From Ramazzottius varieornatus (Eukaryota; Animalia; Tardigrada), in NCBI GenBank assembly GCA_001949185.1, contig BDGG01000014.1, positions 961,378 through 1,025,377 on the forward strand: a stretch of DNA of 64,000 nucleotides, given 5' to 3'. Both the position numbers and the translations under genes were made by a program. Below the pieces are notes generated by a model. It was not told the origin of the DNA and ran no database searches. It worked only from the letters and a program-made list of their open reading frames with translations. Shown here in pieces: positions 57,478 to 64,000 of this stretch (its first letter is position 1; each line of letters starts with the position of its first letter).

Positions 57478-58627
57478 TATACCGGACGTGCGTCATTGGG
57501 GAGGTAGTTTGCCTCAGACACAACGAACGTTTAATCGAAACGATTGTATTTGAAATGTCTTAACATGTTGAGAACGTTTCTAAATGCGGTCGTTTCCTTT
57601 ACACGTTTCTTTATCGAATATTTCTGCTGAAAGTGCAACTTCCCTAGTAAGAAATTGGTTGTCTCATATTGAGAAACCAGAATAGACGGGAAAGGTCCTT
57701 GAACGTATTGACTTTTGCCAGATGAAATACTCTCTCTTCTGCCGATACTGCAAAAGCTTGTTACGTACGCAATATACAACAGTTAGAGCTGTAGCTGAGG
57801 AGAGAGAAGAGAAAAAGATTCAGGAGATACCAAGGTACGGCGTCACAATACCTTTTCGTTCCTCTGAGATTCGAGACCTGCGGATCGTGGGGACCAACTG
57901 CAACGAAGCCGATGAACGCGATGGGGAAGAAGCTTGTTGACTTTTCTTTTGAGAGTAGATCTTTTCAGTAATTTAAACAACGCGCGTCTCTTGACATACA
58001 GCGAGGTGGTGCATTTCGTGTTATGGGTACTGCGAAGGACACTAGAGGACTTGAACAGATATCGTATGTTTTAAATCTCAAAAAGGGGTACCACCGTGAC
58101 CTCCTAATTTGCTAAATTCAACTTATTCTCCTGTTCTTCATTGCTGTCTTCTTTTTGAAGAAAAAGTGATTTGTCTTGAATAAAGCTAGTATGTAACAAA
58201 AGTCGAATTCCGAACTGACGACATGACCAAGCATGACGATAGCGTCAAAGTTTGCGACGCCCCAGCGACGAAAGTTGAGACTGGCACAAGCAACAGTTTG
58301 TTACGTATACGTCATCAAGGTTGATTGTAGGGTTTAATGGCCACTATCATGCTGGTCAGTCGTAATCAGTGGAGAACGGAGTAAAGACGTCAATCCACTC
58401 CAGCATGCCCGTATTCAGCTGAAATTGTGCCACCACTTTCAGAAAACTCTCGTAGTTCAAGTGTAGTAGTTTTCTCATCTGGGACCACGTCCGCGCCAAA
58501 TTTCAATTGTGCCAATTTCTGGAGGGCAGAGTTGGATAATCGGGGGCTTTATAACGCAGTCCAAACCCCGAGCAGATCCCGTTGGTACAGTCTTTGAAAT
58601 TATTTGCTATTGCGGACGGCAAACGAA

Positions 58628-60227
58628 ATGATGGACGGCCAAACTTTTCTCGGATTGGCATGCTTGTTGGTCAGTTTAACGCAAGGTACGTAGCACTCGC
58701 TCACTGGATAGCGGATGTACTGTTAAGTTAGCAATCCTTGTCTTGCAGCTGCGGTGTATCAACCACCTCTTCCCGTCATCGAACTTCCGTCTTTGCTTCG
58801 CCAAGATGCCCTGCATGAGTTTGGAGAACCCTTCTTTAATGCTCCAAATGAGAACGATACCCTTCACGATGGACTGAAATTTTTTGGCAGTCCTAAAGCC
58901 CGAGCGGCAACTCTCCCCAACCTTGACACCAGTTCAGCAGCTGTTCAGAAGCAGATTGTGGATACTCACAACGGTTTTCGTCGAGCCAAGCCTTCCACCG
59001 ACATGTTCCGACTCTCTTGGGACTCTGCTATCCAGAAGGTGGCGCAACAGTGGGCTGACCTATGCGAGTTTCGCCATCCGGCAACTACGGCGGAAAGGAG
59101 CACATACTTAAAAACTTCCGGTTAGGAACAAATTGGGAAAAGGGCAAACAAACTCGACCAAAGTCGTTCGTTTTCCCAAGTAGCGCACTTTCTCACTATT
59201 ATTGGCTGGAAGTGTGCGCAACTTGGGCAGGCGATCTTGTAGGTTTCGTTTGCGGGGTTTCAATTGACATTCCGGTAGGTTTCACTGTCTAACATGACTG
59301 TTACTTCAGATTTCAGCTTAGGTCAGAATATCGCAATGGGAAGTGGATCGAGCTTCAACTGGGCCAGGGCAATGCAGTTGTGGTACAATGAGGTCAACTC
59401 CTTCACCTTTGGTGTGGCTACCAGCGCCATGGTGGGGCACTACACTGCCATAGTATGGGCCAAGACTTACAAGATCGGCTGCGGTTACAAGTTGTGCAAA
59501 GCTGGCACTCCTCACCAATTCAACTTTATGGTGTGCGATTACGGTCCAGCGTAAGTTTGTACACGCACGGTGGGAAATTATGGGACACTAAAAACTATGG
59601 ACCAGGCTATATCGCTACAGCGGTACGGAAGCACCTACGTACCTGACCGATTTAGACTAATGTACTTTTCAACACTTTTCTACGGTTGGAATGTCCATTT
59701 TGCCGTCCTTTCCGCCTGTCCCATAATTTTTACCCGCCGTTTGTGTACTGTAGTTCTTCCATCCTGCATTGCATCCTTATCGAAGTACACGGCTGAGTTT
59801 TTTTGTAGCGGCAACGTGGTGCCCAACCAGTTCAAGCCGTACACACCGGGAAGCAAATGTGGGAAATGTCCTAAGGCTTGCGATGACGGCCTTTGCAGTG
59901 CGTCGATCCAGTTTATGGCTATAAGAGCTAAGCTTAGTTGACTGGGTGATAAAATTCTGTCTTTCTTGACAGCTAACCCTTGTCCTTACACAAACGATTA
60001 CTCGAACTGCCAAGCCCCATCTGGAGGTGTCGACGCCTTGTTTCCTACCGGCTGCGCCAATGCACCCTCTTACCTACAAGATTACAAGGTACGATGGAAG
60101 TCCTTTGCGTATATCTCAAATCTAGGAAAGGCAGCACCATCCCGTGGTGCTTACCCAACAAAGATTTAATTGCTTGTAGAGTTCCTGCAAAGCCACGTGC
60201 AACTGCTACGGAAAGCTGCTGTATTGA
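58628..60227 (+). CDS. Secreted CAP/SCP (CRISP-like) protein with Cys-rich C-terminus
   Basis: Signal peptide; HNGFRR, GQNIA, GHYTAIVWAKTYKIGCG, VCDYGPAGN, CPYTNDYSNC and CKATCNC. Confidence 0.92.
59133..59256. repeat. Family A element (1 unit), CRISP intron
   Basis: ggcaaacaaactcgacca...aagtagcgcac-N25-gtgcgcaactt. Confidence 0.85.
59562..59745. mobile_element. MITE family C copy in a CRISP intron
   Basis: Begins ~10 nt after the splice donor; shared core. Confidence 0.8.
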
Positions 60228-61213
60228 GCGACAGCAAAAACCTTATCCAGGGAGCTGATGAGGCTTGTAAGCGGGTGTCATCAGGCGCTTTGGTGTGTAC
60301 TGTACAGCACAGTTCTATCGCACGACTCTTTCGACAGTTACTTTGCCGTTCAACTTCAGAGCTTGAGCACAACTCTGTATTTGGTGCTGGTGATGAACGG
60401 GGCCGAAACGACCGTGATGAAGTATCAGCCCTTGTTCTTGTTGTACAGTAAAGTTCTGCAGTTCGAGTACCAGCTGTGAGCAGTTTCCAAAGTGAACAGT
60501 TACCTTGTAGAGTAAGGGCTGACGAAATACCTCAAAGTATCTGAGCTGCACTTGCTCTCTCCAAGAGTACCTGACTACAATGTACGCCAAGATTAAGCGT
60601 TAAAAACAGGCACGCGGGCGCTGCTGCTGGAGCTTATTTACGATTCAGCCGATGCCAGCTGTGCTTCGCTACATGCGCAGCCTTCATCGGCTGCTCCATC
60701 TGGCTATATTCAATACCCATTTTACAACGGTTGATTATGGCTGACAAGAAGCCGTGGTAGGCAGTTTTGGTCTAATGTCAGTAAGTCAAAACGCTGCGCC
60801 AATTTTTCCAGTGGCTTGTCGTCAACATGTCATGTAACTATTCGGTGCGTCCGCGCAACGCGTTATCGTACAAGTGAGGTACAGCCCGGTCCGGTTTCAC
60901 GGATTGCGCAACCTCCTATGGGGGTGCACTGTCACGTACGTGTACGCACTGCGCGGATGCAGCGAATATTCACAGCACCACTTTCGCACCACTTTTGTAC
61001 ACCTGCTTGGCAAACACCACTGTCAAAAGTGTTTGAAGGCGACCCACGAACTACGCTTTACAATATTCTGTCAGCCAGCGGAACAACTGAACAGTACAAT
61101 GATAAATTTCGAGGGTGTATCAGCAGTATTTGACTCAACGGAGAACGGGATTGCCGTTGGCATCCAGCTGCAATGGTAGACCAGGCTGGTTGGCCGTGTT
61201 GGTGTTGGCTCCG

Positions 61214-63368
61214 TTATTTGGTAACACAGCTCCTGCCGCGTAGGCTGCAACGGATCACGCCGACTATATGCTTGAACTGTCATCTTGTACGAGAAGAGGC
61301 ATAAAGTACACTTACGATCAGCGGTGGTGCATGTTGGTCTGCTGCCGCTGCCTGTAGGCGGGCAGTATCGACCATACATGGACATTAAGGCTTGACAGTC
61401 GGCCACACTCAGCGCGGCCTTCTGGCCCACCTGCTGGCTATTGGCCAGTCTAAAGACAGGGTTGCTAGCATCCCTCGAGTAGCGCTCACTGCTGATCATG
61501 GTGATGGATAAGGGGTCGAACGTTCCTTGGTTGGTCCCATAGGGATCGCTGAGCTGATTGCCTTTGCCGAAGAACATCTTGCTGGCTAACGAAGTCTTGA
61601 CCAGGTTATTCCTACCGGCATCGTCAGTGGCACCAAACGTCATGACGCTTTCACGGTCACTACGTTGCCACTCGTTGTGTTGACCCAGAAGGTTGACCTG
61701 CACAAAAGGTCACTGGCTGATATGTCGCTCAAGATATTAGGTGCGGAAGTATGACTTGTTACTCTTGGGAACACGTCAACTTCAAACAATCATGGTTACA
61801 CTCCCATTTGTTCTTTCGTCCTAAAGTTTTTTTTCTGTCAATTTACCAACTCCCGGCTCTCGTCTGGGGTTCTACTGCTTTGAGCTTCTCAGCTCCGCGG
61901 CGAAGGAGGAATAATTTTGTCTGAATCGTGGATGACAAGCTTTTTGGGTCATTCAAGACTATGAATATCTTCGAGGCGCCAACGCATCCCACACGGGCAA
62001 GAAGATATGCTCCATGTCTCGGAAAAAAGCAGCTGAAAAGCGTACCGTAGGAGAATGGGTAAATATACTCCGCTTTGGAGATGTCTTGCTCGGAACCGAG
62101 CTCAGACTGCAGTATTGACAGCCACAATAATCTAGCTCTACAAGATGTTCTGAAGAAAAAACTGGAGTGTTTCGAAAGGGCGGAAGCAACGCAGAAAATT
62201 TCGAAACGTGAGTGGCACCAAAGGAAAATCATGGATATTGTCTGGTTGCTATTTTACAGTCTAGACCGCTAAGAAATCTTTCTGCTCGGCACAACGGTAG
62301 CCGAAGATCAGACCTCTCTGGTACGAGGAGGACTGATAAAGACCTGCCGTTCACTGAACGAAATTATTCAGTCGACTTATAGCACTTAAAGTCCCAAGTC
62401 AGCTTTAAAGTGGGCATTGAACAAAACTTTTCCGCAAAACTGGAGGAGGTGGAACTGGAAACTCTCCTCCGCATACCAGGAAGAAATGATCTGATACTGA
62501 AGGATTGTCCTCATATGAAAATATTTGAGCAGCTTTAACGAGAAAGAACAATTTCCTCCAGAGAGCTCGAGGCTGCAAAAAATGGCTGCGGAAAGTTCGT
62601 CTTTTCTCTTCCCCTATGCTCTTGCAGTACAGACATAAATTCGCTGCCGAAAAAATGAGTGAGGTACCTTGCTATTATAGGTGGATAACCGGATCCAAAA
62701 TACCAAGGTTTAAAGTCAGGAAAATTTTCTGAAAATCTTCTTCGGGGGAATAACAAGCCATACGTCCGCCTCTAAACAACACAGCAGAGCAATTTGTTAT
62801 ACCTACCAGGAATGCCATGGCGTCTCGTTCTCGTCCGGCCCCCAAGCAAGCACCGTCGGCGTTGGTGGTCCCTGTTGCTCCAAAGGCGATGGCCAGCTGT
62901 CCAATGTTACTGGATAGCTGGCCGCGGTGGAAGCCAGGGTAGGTCCAACAGGCGGCATTGTTACCAGGTGGGGGGAAGGCATGGTTGATTTGCACAAAGG
63001 GGGCGCTGCCGGGCCCTGTCGTCGCCGTGTCCTGCACAAACTGGATGCAACGTCCGCTGTCCTCCGTGATTTGCTGCATGGCATTTTTCAAGGCCTGCAA
63101 CTCATCGTTGACTGCAAGACAAAGACGTTAGGTCTCAGGCAGTTGTGAGATGCAATGAGGTAGAGTGGGTTTGCGGACCCCACTCGAAGTGGTTAAAGTT
63201 TGTGTTTGTGTCCAATTTCAGCTTACCGAAGCCCGGTCCAATTCGGTATTTGATAATATTGGATGGCCAAGCAGAGTAGGGATAGTTGGTTGACGTTTTG
63301 ACCAGTGCAGCACATCGGCCATGATGAACTGCAGCCAGCACCAAAAGCAACAATGTGGCTAAACGCAT
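61214..63368 (-). CDS. Secreted astacin-fold protein lacking the zinc-binding motif
   Basis: Signal peptide, WPSNIIKY, CIQFV, CWTYPG, G..NEWQRSDR, FDPLSITM and GQKAALSVADC. The 3' end is 61214 if spliced at 61314, or 61071 if not. Confidence 0.8.
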
Positions 63369-63752
63369 TTTTTGGTTATTTTCGGTAGATAGAAGACGTA
63401 GTGGCGCAAAGAAGTAAACTAGAAGACCCTGATAACCTTCAAGACCTAAACCTTGAAAACCCAGAAGCTTACTTTATGTTGTTTTTACTTGTTGTGAGTC
63501 AAAGTTTGGCAAGTTGTGAGTATTGGCACTTGAAGCAGTCTTTTGTGATGTGCCCACTCTGCATACGAAACAGTGATCTGTACACGCCTTGAAGTGGCTA
63601 CACTGTCACATTTTCCAGGTTTGACGCAGTTCTCGCAGAGTGCTTCCATCGCCAGCCTAGCACAAGTTTGCCTCACATACATCAGAATAGTCAGTACTTT
63701 TCTTACTCAAAACGGAATTTTTCTTCAGTATTTTGCTATGGATTCTGCAGTA

Positions 63753-63915
63753 TACGCAGGAAAAGGAAGCTTGGGCAGGACGGCAAACTGAAAATTCAAC
63801 CGTAGAAAACTGCCGAAAAGTACATGGGTGTGAATTATCAAATACACACGTACGAATGCACTTCCGTTCCGCTGTTTCGAATCGTCTAGCCCGAACTACT
63901 TCCTTTTCGTACGTG
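63753..63915. mobile_element. MITE family C copy (degenerate)
   Basis: Core acggcaaactgaaaattcaaccgtagaaaa; TA-flanked. Confidence 0.65.
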
Positions 63916-64000
63916 TAGCTGAAGCTACGCGCTGGAGAAGAAACCTGGCTAGGAAAAGCGTAAATCAGTAGAGTGATATCGGTGGTAGTTACAGTACTCG

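Noticed and set aside
61843-62760. ORF fragments in the long astacin intron
   Set aside because: Possibly a decayed TE, but no identifiable motif or termini.

Overview
Compact, intron-rich eukaryotic (invertebrate) genomic DNA with short GT-AG introns and two N gaps. The gene content (ANF-receptor-like, orphan rhodopsin GPCR, astacin-like, CRISP) would fit a tardigrade-like animal, but that is inference. The first ~12 kb is a pseudogene/transposon zone: an ANF-receptor-like pseudogene, an intact intron-containing DD34E Tc1 transposase, a two-domain globin-fold pseudogene and a GLUT pseudogene. A run of recognisable genes follows: HADHA, ATP synthase subunit f, Sp17-like, SUCLG1, eIF3i, N-acetylneuraminate lyase, XDH/aldehyde oxidase, a CYP pseudogene, NFAT5-like, two GPCRs, fumarylacetoacetase, CRISP and an inactive astacin. 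The most striking non-genic signal is two families of paired inverted boxes with fixed spacing. Family A is AAGTGGCGCAC-N24/25-GTGCGCCACTT; I found 16 loci, all in introns. Family G is GCACCTGCATAC-N29/30-GTATGCAGGTGC; I found 7 units whose spacers look mutually unrelated. In both, the boxes and spacer length are conserved while spacer sequence drifts. All exon boundaries were read by eye.
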